Under the pieces are notes generated by a model. It ran no database searches, was not told the DNA's origin, and was given only the letters and a program-made list of their open reading frames with translations. Below are positions 51,151 through 62,165 of a stretch of DNA of 64,000 nt, piece after piece. A program made the translations under genes and the position numbers. The stretch comes from Lytechinus pictus (Eukaryota): NCBI RefSeq assembly GCF_037042905.1, contig NC_087249.1:42098001-42162000 (forward strand). Direction: 5' to 3'. Each line of letters starts with the position of its first letter. The stretch's first letter is position 1.

Positions 51151-52604
51151 ATTGATTAAGTCTACTGCAGGCATATGGACAGGAGCAAGAACAATGCACA
51201 GTATTGGAGTCTTATCAGAGGACGCCTTATTTGAGACCGACCACCTTGAAGAGACAGTTTAATTCTTGAAGCAAACTGCAAGATGCAGCGTGTGCTGCAT
51301 CTGAGGATGGAGATTCGGTTGTTTGGGAAGACTTTCATCATTCCAATGAGCTCTTTCATGTGCTGGGAGTAACATAATGACATGTTTTGGTCCAGACAAT
51401 CCGCTTTTTGATAACATTAGTCACACTTATCCAAAGATCAGAGCAAACCAATACAATGATTCTCACCTTCTTATGGCTCTCATTTTCCTAAGATCCATCG
51501 CAATCCTAATCTTGATGTCAATATTGTGTTCTGGTGAAACCTTACATAATTAGAACATGCGGATAATATGCCAGGAATTGCAAGTACATTGAACGGAATC
51601 TTTGGTTCTATGGTACTAAAGAATGTTTTGAAAGTTCTCAATTTTTCCTAGATGTTCTTTGGTATGATGTGTCTCCCATGTCAAAATTATTTTCTTTTAG
51701 TATATCCTACTTTCATCTTATTACATACTTTACCTTTATTCAATTTTACCTAGATTTAGGCATGAATTTGTGAAAATTTCATTATAGTGGTAAGGTCTTA
51801 GACTAGATAGAGTCAATTGTTGAGGTGAGGAAATCAGAGAGACCTGGGTAAAAAACTGACCTGGGAATGTTGTAAATGACAGTGTACCCATTGTGTCTCT
51901 TGACTCCACTCTCTCATGTCTGTTTTATATCTAGGCCTATATGACTCTCCAAATGGGGAAGGGGAGGGGGTACTCAACCATTTTGCTCCACGCAAGCATA
52001 GCCACAGGTTTGTGAAAGAGATATTGTCATTGGTGAAAACAATACCCTAATAATAGTTTCGGTCTACATTTTACCCCCTCAACAAGTGAAGACCCTATAA
52101 ATCATGTCTCCAAGAAAGAATTTCATCCCGACCTAAGTGAATTTTCATGTGGAATTGCACGATACATCCGCTATAACACGTTTTTACATTGTAGGCCTAC
52201 ACCATCCACCCCACAAGAGTGTTAGGATATTGTACATGCACTTCCATCATGTCCATACCGCATACATGCAGTATTAGGCTATATTGGAATAGTTACCAAT
52301 GCTCTTGGAGAATCCACCGGAACCTAAGAGAGTTTTTTTTTAATGATTTACTGAGCATATGATATAGAGGGGACTTTCAGCATGTAGGGTGCAAGGATAT
52401 TCTGCCTAGTGTACAACACATACAAAGTGATCACCCAGTTGTTTTTTAAAGCTCCCTATCAAAGTCTGGCAACAGTCATTGCTATTAAACCTGTACACAG
52501 GATGAGTTTGCAGAATGAAGGCAGAGTACAAACACAAACCAGAAACCAACCTATTTTTTTCTCCAACACCAACACAACTTTTGACCCTCTCAATGTACCC
52601 CTAA

Positions 52605-53271
52605 TACCCCTTTCATATTGCGCCTTTCACCGGCGAACTTCACCGGCGAAGTTCGCCAGCGAAGGGGAAAGTGTCCAGTATGAAAGGTACACAGGAGAAC
52701 TTCACCTGTGAAGTTCGCCGGTGAACTTCTCCACCTCTAGAGGTGGAGAACTTCGCCGGCGAAACTGTTTCACCGGCGAAGTTCGCCGGTGAAAAGGCCA
52801 GTATGAAAGCAAACCGGAGAACTTCTCCTCTTTAATGACGTCAGAGGTCAATTTTTTTTCTCTCCCGAAGTCCCCTGCACCGAGATTCCGCGCGCGATAG
52901 TTGCAAGCTCAGCTGAATGCTATGGCCAAGTAGATACCCTCGAACATTTTTTTTTTTAAACTAACAATATTTATTAAAAAGCACTTTTTACATGTATAAA
53001 ATGCGCTAAGATATAAAAACAAGGTGATATTGTTTGTTTTTATCGTAATACTTCCAAAATATGTTGTAATTAATTTTTTTTATACCTTTTTGTAATAGGT
53101 AAGAAGTAATGTTTACAATTTTCTTTCGTTTGTTCTGCAATCGCCCGTTGACTTTCGCCGGGAAGAAATGTCAGTGCGAAAGGGTACATTTTTTTCTTCG
53201 CCGGGGAAGTGAGGAATGCGAGGCGGAGAAGTTCGCCGGTGAAAAATGAAGAGGGCAGTATGAAAGGGGTA
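52605..53271. mobile_element. PIF/Harbinger-like MITE, TACCCCTTTCATA termini, young and CpG-rich
   Basis: TAA|TACCCCTTTCATA ... TATGAAAGGGGTA|TAA with many direct and inverted TTCACCGGCGAA(C/G)TTC motifs and reiterated AGTATGAAAG. Confidence 0.92.
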
Positions 53272-54164
53272 TAATACAGAATCTGCCAATCTTCCAGGCT
53301 CTGTCAAAGCAATCTGTGCTGAAATCGACCCCTTGGTGAAATATCAAATGACCAGGCCTTGACTAGTAGAATAACTGGACACCATTCAAGTGTAATTGAG
53401 CATGGTTAAAGTGTGACCATGACTGGAGTGACTCATGACTGACCACTTCTTGGAACCATCAAACCTTTTAGCAGGCTTTTGCTCAGAGGGCCTCCACTGG
53501 TGGTGTGTTCCAGATTTCAGAGTTGCATGCTATGGGGTAATCATGGTGAACCTAAGGACAGGATAGGAAATAATCTTTATTTTTAGGTTCTTTTTTGTTG
53601 TTGCCACATTTAGGGTAATTGCTGGATTCTGGGCATTTCATTTGAATGGCTACTTATTTTGTTCAAAGAGCGATTATGCTCGAAAAGCATATGCAGAATA
53701 TTGATTTTCTAATTGTTCTTAAATGTTACTTGTGGAAGATCTTGGGACACCTTATGAAAAGATGGTCGCCCCAAAGCACATTCCATTTTGCCAATTTTAG
53801 GGGCAATTTTGGCTGTCATGCAGATGAAAATGACTGGTCCCCTTAAGTATTTTGTATGCTTAAAGGTACATTCGTAACTAAATGTCTTATTGAGGAAAAA
53901 ATCTCCTTGTTTTGCTCAAATGCTAGTATCTTCCAAGCTTTATCTGCACTGAAAAAAAAATCTATATCAAAAATATTATTGGTACATGCTGAGACTAGCA
54001 AACCCCTTGAGGCTCGGAGTGTAGATGAGAGTGACACTCAACAGACATAAAATGTACTTCTTACAACCCCTTGGGGGAATTGTAGAGACAAATTGTTTTG
54101 TAATGGATCAGTCCGACCAAAAGAGCGCTTCCAGGTCAGGCTAGCGACTGAAAGCAGTAGTCTT

Positions 54165-54303
54165 GGGGGAGCATCTCACGAACCAAATAGTGATTTTTTT
54201 TCACTGACTATCTGTTATAAGCTAGTGAAATCCTTACTCCTGATTGGCGCAGATCAAATTAGATAAAAATATTTTTTTAATACTTGTTTCATGAAATACT
54301 CCC
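54165..54303. mobile_element. Degenerate ~135-bp MITE (family of 17645)
   Basis: GGGGGAGCATCTCACGAA ... TTTCATGAAATACTCCC, with the shared TGAAATCCTT..CTGATTGGC core. Confidence 0.55.
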
Positions 54304-56355
54304 AGATCTGCATCTCAAACTAAAAAGTTCAAATAGAATGCAGGACCGGCCATGACATCTTTTCCTTTAGCAAGAAATGTATCCACATTGTGCTGCACTC
54401 GACCCATGTTAGGTGGAAGGTGTCCTGGAAGTATTCTAGTCTGCTGTGCAAAACCTTCACTTGAGTTAAGGGTCTAAATGTTCAGCCTACAACGACATGT
54501 GTGCTGAAGGCCCTCTCGCTCAAGATCAAAACAGCAAGTTTTCTATGTGCTAGTCTTTGCGTGGAGACCCACTTGTTGATCAGAGTTTCAATCAGGGTTT
54601 GTGCCAGCAGACTATATTGATTCCTTTAATGTATTGAACACTGGCAGTTGCAGCTTGAGATATTCAAAGCTAGGGTAACAATAATAGTTTTCCGTGGAAC
54701 AGGTTATTTCTAGCTAGATGGCGATGTATAATTAGCTATTATTATTATGTAACACAGAGTAAAAGGCTGGGATTTTGCCATGCCAGGTGTATGCTGCTGA
54801 TGCAGCCCCATTGATCTTTTTTAGTGGAAAATGGTACTTTTTCGATGTAAGTAAATCTCCTTTATAGTGGACTTCAGGCACAAAATTGGTGAAAGTACAT
54901 GCAGATAGCATGAAGGGTAAAATTTTAGAAATCATCCTGGTCTTAAAAGCAAAGCCATTATGGTGAGCTCTTTTCTTGTTGGCAATCATCTACAGTCTAG
55001 TAATCAGACTAGCAATTTTTAACCCCAAAGGGGACTTGCCCTGAAGCACCCAGGGTGGAAACAAATCTGTGTCCTCATCTAAGGACACCAATACACAGAC
55101 AGGCACATACCTCAACTTTACACCATCAGAAAATGTAGGGGGTCCAACAAATATTTATATCTCGTTTCATTTCAAGCAGTGTATGATGAGGAAATTATTA
55201 CTCATCCTGTGTAGTTCCACAGGGATGGTATGTGTAGCCGGAGGCAGCAGGCATTTCGCTCTCACCACCAGCCAGTCATTACCATAGGGAAGTAGTGGGA
55301 TGGGGAATGCTTTGAGGAGCAGCAAAACAGGTCTGCTGCTGTGGGATGGGATCGGTCCATGGTTTTGGCGAGTGGAAGTGGAAGAAGGAGCAGCGAACTT
55401 CTGGGACAAAGATTTATCGGGTATCTGTGTATCTTCTGACTCTCGAGTCGAAAAAGGATGACCATAAATAAAATTGCTCTTGGAAGAGAACTAACTGCGA
55501 AAGGTTCAAATGGCATCTCATGATGTCTGGGAATTTTCTAAAAATATGTTGCGCTTTAAATCATAAATGTTCCCTAGAACAATGACCCTCTTTTTATGTT
55601 GCTGCAATAATGAAGGTGTTAAAGGTTGCTTTAGGAGAAGGTCAATGTTCAGATACAGTAAATAATTTACCGGTATATTCTTTTTTCAGCCTATTCCAAA
55701 CTGAATTATATTCATTGGCCATCGAGAATGCAGTCATTATATGAGGTTTAAGTATGTACATGCGTAGGTAGTAAACTGATTTGGTAATACTTTGTGTTTA
55801 ATTTCATTCAGGTTAAATTTTTTATTTCTGAATAATATTGTGATAGTGCACAGATACGGTAAGCATTCGGATGGAAGCAAAATAAATTTGTCGCTCTTTT
55901 GTAAAAAACCTACAGTCTTGAGAGAAGCCAACACACCTGTGTATTCTCAAGCATTCTAAATTTAGGAAGAAGCCGATAAGTGAACTTTACTTATTTATGA
56001 CATCACAGAACATAAACAGTGTACCTTTTATGATTTCCTGAAGTAGTTTCGAAAGTGATACAATGTGAATAGTTAGTAACACCAATACTTCCACAAAAAA
56101 ATACTCAAAACTTCTTTCTGAAGTATAGACCTGTCCCTGAGTTAAAAAAAAAACATGCTCAGTGTTGCTTTCTTTGTCAATAGAAAACTATTGACAATAC
56201 CATGGAGATGAAATATCTCCATGAAGATTCAGGAAAATGCCCTTTTATTTCCAGCAAACTGATCTTCTCTGAAAAATTTGAAGTTTTTTATTTAAAAAAT
56301 GCATGTCTATGAATGATATACCTTCGTTGGCTGCGGTTGGCATATCATGGACCTG

Positions 56356-56916
56356 GTGGGTGTTTCATAAAGCTGTTCGTAAGTTCCGATTGCCTTGATG
56401 TACGATTGGTGATCCTATCTTGTGGTTAATTATGTGCACCAGATCTTCATTGGTAATGGTATTGAAGGCTTAGAAAGGATCACTAGTTTGTAAAGTCACT
56501 CATAAGTTATACCCCTTTCATAAACCCAATTATGCGGCTGATAGCAGCATAATTTGGTCGTAAAATCGGAGGAGGACCAGAGTTATCCGCATTATTTTGA
56601 TGCTGCAATTATCCGCATAATAGCGGCATCGGGACCAGATTTTGACTTTATGAACGCATTTTCAAATAATGCGGATAATTGCCATGGTGCGGTCACAAGG
56701 TCACCCTTTACCAACGCAACCGCATCGAAGGGGGCGTGTGCAGTTGTCATGACGATTGTTCGCCTTTTACAGGAAGGGCGCTCGTAAAAATAGTGTGGAT
56801 TATTTTCGGAGTTTGTGAACGCAATTTTTATTGAATTATCCGCATTACTCTTAGGCGGCTTATTGGAGGATGGGTTTATGAAAGGGGTATTACAATAAGC
56901 TTTATGAAATACCCAC
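56356..56916. mobile_element. MITE family D, copy 2, split by a nested insertion
   Basis: GTGGGTGTTTCATAAAGCTGTTCGTAAGTT is identical to the start of 37520. The right end AGCTTTATGAAATACCCAC resumes after 56892. Confidence 0.85.
56510..56889. mobile_element. Nested PIF/Harbinger-like MITE, TACCCCTTTCATA termini
   Basis: TTA|TACCCCTTTCATAAACCCA ... TGGGTTTATGAAAGGGGTA|TTA: perfect 19-bp TIR and TTA TSD, with internal TTATCCGCAT/ATGCGGATAA repeats. Confidence 0.92.
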
Positions 56917-59130
56917 CAGATTTCATTTTAAGTATTCTTAAATCATCAAACGAATTGACAATGTGTCTCCTCTAACTTACGTCTGCGGTATTTTGTTTTT
57001 CAGATTATGCTCACATTTGAACAATCCTCTTGACGTTTGCATCTAACGTGAACATGTATTTTCCCATTCAATGCTGGTTCAAGTCCACATGTGAACGTGA
57101 CCTGGATGAAGTGGTGATGAAGAATCTTTGAGGATCTTTTTTTTTGTTGAGCCTACCCCTGTGGTCTTGGATCTCATAAATGAAGTCCTCACTCTTCTCC
57201 CCTGCAGGGGGTAGTATATGGCTTTGGACTTGGGTCAAATCCAATTTCATAGACCCCCTCCCTATTCTTTCTTTTTCTCACTCTCTCTCTCATTCCATCT
57301 CTTCTTCCAAAGAATCTCCAATAAGTTTGAAGTAATCACCCCAATGCTCACTATTCCCCATTCACTTGGTTTTTCTTTCTGTATTGTCAGTATTTTGTCT
57401 TTTCTAACTTTCTTCTACTTTCTCCTGTTTCTCAATCATTTCATTCTTTCTATCCATCGCTACATTCTTCTCAATCTCCCTGACTACCCCCCCCCCCCAT
57501 TCACCCGTCTTATTGACACATGCTATTCCCCCATTTTTTTGCCCATGCCTTTTTAAGCATTTATGGTTGAATTATTTGAGACCTCATTTCAAGACTTTTA
57601 ACCCTTGCCCCCTTTTCCTCTATCTCCTTTCGTTTTGACTCTGTTGAAATCCATCCCCATTTTCCCTTGCCTCTTTTCCCCTGTCTCTTTCTTACCCTTC
57701 ACCCATCTCTTCCCATTTTCCCCACGCCCCACTTTTCCTCCTATCTATGACACCATCTTCTAGACTAAATTACATTCAATTATGTCTTTGTGATTGAATG
57801 GGTTAATCCTGTGACTTTTGCCCTTCCCCCATTCCTATTCTCTCATCCCCCCTCGTACATTCCCATCCCTTTCATACTTTATTGCCTTCTTATTTTTCTC
57901 TAAATAGTTGACAAAAGAGAACATCCGTCCCTTTCTTCTCTCTCTCGAGATCTGTATACCCCAATTTTCCTTCATCTTTATAAATGGTCCACTTGGGTCG
58001 ACATGGTGACTTTCAGGAGAGAAGAACCTCCAGTGATATCAATTATCGACAGACCCTCTATTTGATGGGATGCATGGCGCACTGCACGGTTATCCTATTT
58101 TATACAAAATGGTGCAATTTAACCGAGCAGTGATGGCGTAATTATACTGATCTGACATTCAATCAACATTGTCTGGGTTTAGATTCAAGTGAGTTGTATT
58201 CATAGGACACCTCAAAGACAGTCTTGTCAGATTTTAGGAGATCACCGGATTCCTACGGCACCAGCTTTAATTGGTAAAGATCATCACAATGTTGGTTGGA
58301 ATACCAGAATAATGGATCCAGTGAAAAACAATGTTATTCTAGACATCCCTTTCATTATTTACCGGTATGCCATCCGTTTTATGAAAGATGCTGCTATATC
58401 TTAAAAGAAGATTTGATTTTTGATTAAATTCAACCATTATGTACTTATGTTTTTAATTGTTTGCTTTGTAATCATATTGTACTTCACTTATCTGTAAAGT
58501 GACCCTTCAACTTGTGCTGCTGGTCAATATTTCCCCATATGTACACCAATGAAAAATACTTGAAATAAATTGCATTGTCATTCTACATACAAAGTTAATT
58601 TAATTTACAAAGAGTAAATTGTTTTGTAATGTTTGGGTTTTAATCAATTATACTACCACCAAATTAATTTGGCGTTGGTACATTTAGATCTGTGATTCAT
58701 TTGACCCATTTCATGGAAGACATAACAGTAAAAATTTACATTACTTTTTGTTAAAAAGATTACTATTGGATTGTGGCATTTGATTTTTTTTCTCAGTTCT
58801 GTGAAGTGTAGACACTGAATTTGGTTAAAACTCCATAATTTGCCCTGAAAAATACTTTAGATACTCTATCAATAATTATTTATGTAGACATTGTGTTTTG
58901 TTTTTCTCCACACATGTACCTCTGTATTATAAACTCTAGATATATGTGATGACCACCACCACACCATCCCTCCCTCTCTCCCTTCTTGAGATCCAAAGGA
59001 CATGGGTAATCAAATACTTTAAAGAATGAGAGAGCACCATCACTGTTTGTATAATTATCTGTTGAATTGCATGTATATAGTTTTCCTCTGAATTTCTGTT
59101 TTGGTTACCTGTCGCTGGATGGTATTAAAG

Positions 59131-59579
59131 CAGACCTGCCAACCATTACGTTTTGGGCGTATTTAGTACGTTTTTGCAACCAAAATACGGCAGTACGTTT
59201 TTTCTTTAAAAAATATGTTTTTGTAAAAAATATATATATATATATTTTTTTTAACAAAATGGTAATTTATTGAGAAAAATCATCTCTATATGTCTCTATT
59301 TCATAAAACTTACACAAATATGGTTATTAGATCAATGTAATTTCAGGTAACTTTTTTTTTTTTCAATCATTTTGTTGAAACCAGGGTGAGATATACACAT
59401 CTTTAAATGTTTTTTTTTTCATCTGCAAGAGCAGTGCGCATTTTAGCTTGCATGCAGCTTGAGCGCCGCGATGAGCGAGTGCGCCACGGATTTGATTATG
59501 AAATACACTTTTTGGGGGAAAAATGCACTTTTTTTAATCACAAAATACAATTTTTCATTCCCAGAGGTTGGCAGGTCTG
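59131..59579. mobile_element. hAT-like MITE with a 6-bp target duplication
   Basis: TTAAAG|CAGACCTGCCAACC ... GGTTGGCAGGTCTG|TTAAAG: perfect 14-bp TIR and exact 6-bp direct flank. Confidence 0.88.
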
Positions 59580-60533
59580 TTAAAGCATGCATCTACTTGC
59601 AGAAGTGTCAGATGGTTGTTCGTTCAAATCCCACCTTGGCATTTCCTTTCTCCATAAGATGTTGATCTACATTTGCCCCTCTCCACCCGGGTTATTAATG
59701 GGTGTATGATAATAATTTGATTGTATTGTTTTAGGTAAATTGTGCTTGGGAGCTTTCCCCCCTATTGTGTGTTCCCCAGGGAGTGGAGAATAAGGGGAAG
59801 CCAAATCCGATGACAGTGTTAATGATTCCTAATAATTCGCCTTTCTCCCTATTTTTTTTCCCATAATTTCTAGATAAAGAATTAATGCATACCTGTCAAT
59901 ATTTACATGCACATAAAAACTTCTAACATTTTTTTTAGTGATGCTTTGCCTGGCTTTGCCACAGTCATTTCCATTTAAATTGCTTGTAAATCTATTTGAA
60001 TTGGGTTCTTAAATAGGCTCGCATTGACACGTCTTAACGCATCGCCCCTCCTCCTTACATGTACATGTATGAAGACAATTATATGTGTCCTTCATGGCAT
60101 TTACCAAGGTATGTTCTCATCTAACATAGATTTGAGCAGATGTATATACAGAGTTTGCTTTAATTATCTTTTATTTCAAACCTCTAAAAAATTCTGTATA
60201 TTGAAAATTAAAATCGTTCATTTCATCTTTCAACACTTATTTTCTCAATTCATTATTATCCGCATCCAGTTCAGCTTCCAGAGGTGGAGTGAGCGAGAAG
60301 GAGGGATGCAGACAAAACTGCGGAGGAACATTTAAGTTATGCAGGGAGAAATGATGAAAGGATTTGTGTGGGACTGAAATAGCCATTCTTGGATTAGGGT
60401 CGGACTGAGAGGGGAATGAGATGTGATGGATGGGGAGAGGTATGGAGGGGTGAAACAATGTATAGAACAACGCTGCTCCCTCACACATTCAATAATACTT
60501 AGTATATGATACCGTATCACTATTGCTGCATAT

Positions 60534-60703
60534 ACACTCGCAGAAATTGTTTAACCAACCTATTAAGTTTTTTAAAATATGAAATGACAAACAGTTGGTT
60601 AAAACCAAATTGCATGCAACATGAATTGGATTGATTTAAACCAATATTTGGTCGATTCATATTTTAAAAACTTTTGGGTTGGTGAAAAGAATTCTCAAGA
60701 GTT
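60534..60703. mobile_element. Degenerate CACT-type hairpin MITE
   Basis: TA|CACTCGCAGAAATT...CCAACC..AAGTTTTTTAAAATATGAA and inverted TTCATATTTTAAAAACTT..GGTTGG...AATTCTCAAGAGT. Confidence 0.5.
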
Positions 60704-62024
60704 TATTTGGCATGATCACCTGCTATTTTGAATGATATTTTGTGTTTCCCTGCACTGTTTGTAGGCCTATATATCCAAGGAAAAGTGTCTAATTCCTGTC
60801 TACCTCCATGCTGGTACATGTGCGAGTTTAATCAGTGACTAGTTCTACACTGGGCCAGATGTACAGGATCCTAACAGTGACAAACCCAATAAAAGACATG
60901 GTTTTTCATTGTTATACATAATCATAATATTACATTTGGTGAAAATGTATGTGTTAAATACTAGTGAAAAAACTCTTGCATCTTTCATTTAATAGAAGAG
61001 TTTCTTTTGGCAGATGTCTATTTATTAAACTGTGCTTCTTGAAGAAATTTTTATCCTCCAGAATAGAACCAATATACGGAGGTTGGTCCATTAGCATGGA
61101 GAAGTGCCGTTAGTTTTACCTGCATCTTTGTGGTGCAGGGTGGCAAAAGGAGAATGTCTCTTTTAACCAAGTGAGGAATGTCTCGCGTCAGACATTAACG
61201 TAGTTTGATCAGCAGCGGTAGCTCGGTGCGGATCCCGGGCTAACTCCGGCAAGATCTAATGCTCATCAGAGCTGTCAGGGCTTTAAGGAATGATTTCGAA
61301 TCCATCAATCGTGGCCTTGCAGAAGCGCCATTGGCCTTGGCACGACCTCATTTCGTTTCCCTGCCCCTTGTCTCCGGCATGCTCCACGTGTGAACCTATG
61401 CAGGCTGACGCATTCCTCCCTCCCGATTGCAAAACCTGCCGAAAATCCCTTGTCTAAACTGTCGCCGAAAAACCAAACAGAGTCATCACTTTTCACGCAT
61501 AGACATCTGGTAGGAATTTGGGAGGTTTTCAGATTTTTCTTCTTCCTCTTTTTTGTGGAAGATTTTTTCTGTATTTCTATTTTATATTTTAGGATATAGG
61601 TCCAGGAAAGGGTGGTTGCAGAAATACATGTAGTATTGTTAGGAGAGAAATCTATAAGAATATTTGATTGATTGATAGATAGAATGAAAGGAAGGTAATG
61701 ACAGTATATACCAACAGAATAGACAACAATGGGACTTCAGTAACTTCAGGGTAAATGAGTAAAATCCGGGAAGTAATCCAGTACATGCACGTAAATGCTC
61801 AATATCAAATGATAATGAAGAGATAAATATGTTTAAATGAAAATAATATTTTGCCGCAATAAGACAGAATCTTATAGGATAAGGCTACTAAAAAGTGAAT
61901 ATTATACTTTGAGGCTACAATCTAAATGCCAAGGTCTTAGAGACTGAATTGATGCCGCTCATTAAAAACAATTGGCCATACTGGGAGAAGCACAGATTTT
62001 TTCGTTCTGAATAGAGGAGCTTTT

Positions 62025-62165
62025 GTAGATAAGTGGATTAGTCTCTAGACTCAAATTATAAGGTCCATGGTTCAAATCTCTCCGTAGCAATACCAATTCA
62101 TTAGCAAGGCATTTATTCCCACTTGCCTCTCTTTGTCCAGCTGAAGTAGATTGGTACCTGATAAC
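62025..62165 (+). mobile_element. Old SINE copy (39602-like family)
   Basis: GTAGATAAGTGGATTAGTCTC (A-box remnant), GGTTCAAATC (B box), AGCAAGGCATTTATTCCCACTTGCCTCTC...GGTACC. Confidence 0.55.

Noticed and set aside
56970-57060. Strong-looking splice acceptor (CTAAC branch, TTTTGTTTTTCAG) as MICU exon 2
   Set aside because: All three frames hit stops within about 45 nt and no MICU motif follows. A non-coding or poison exon cannot be excluded.
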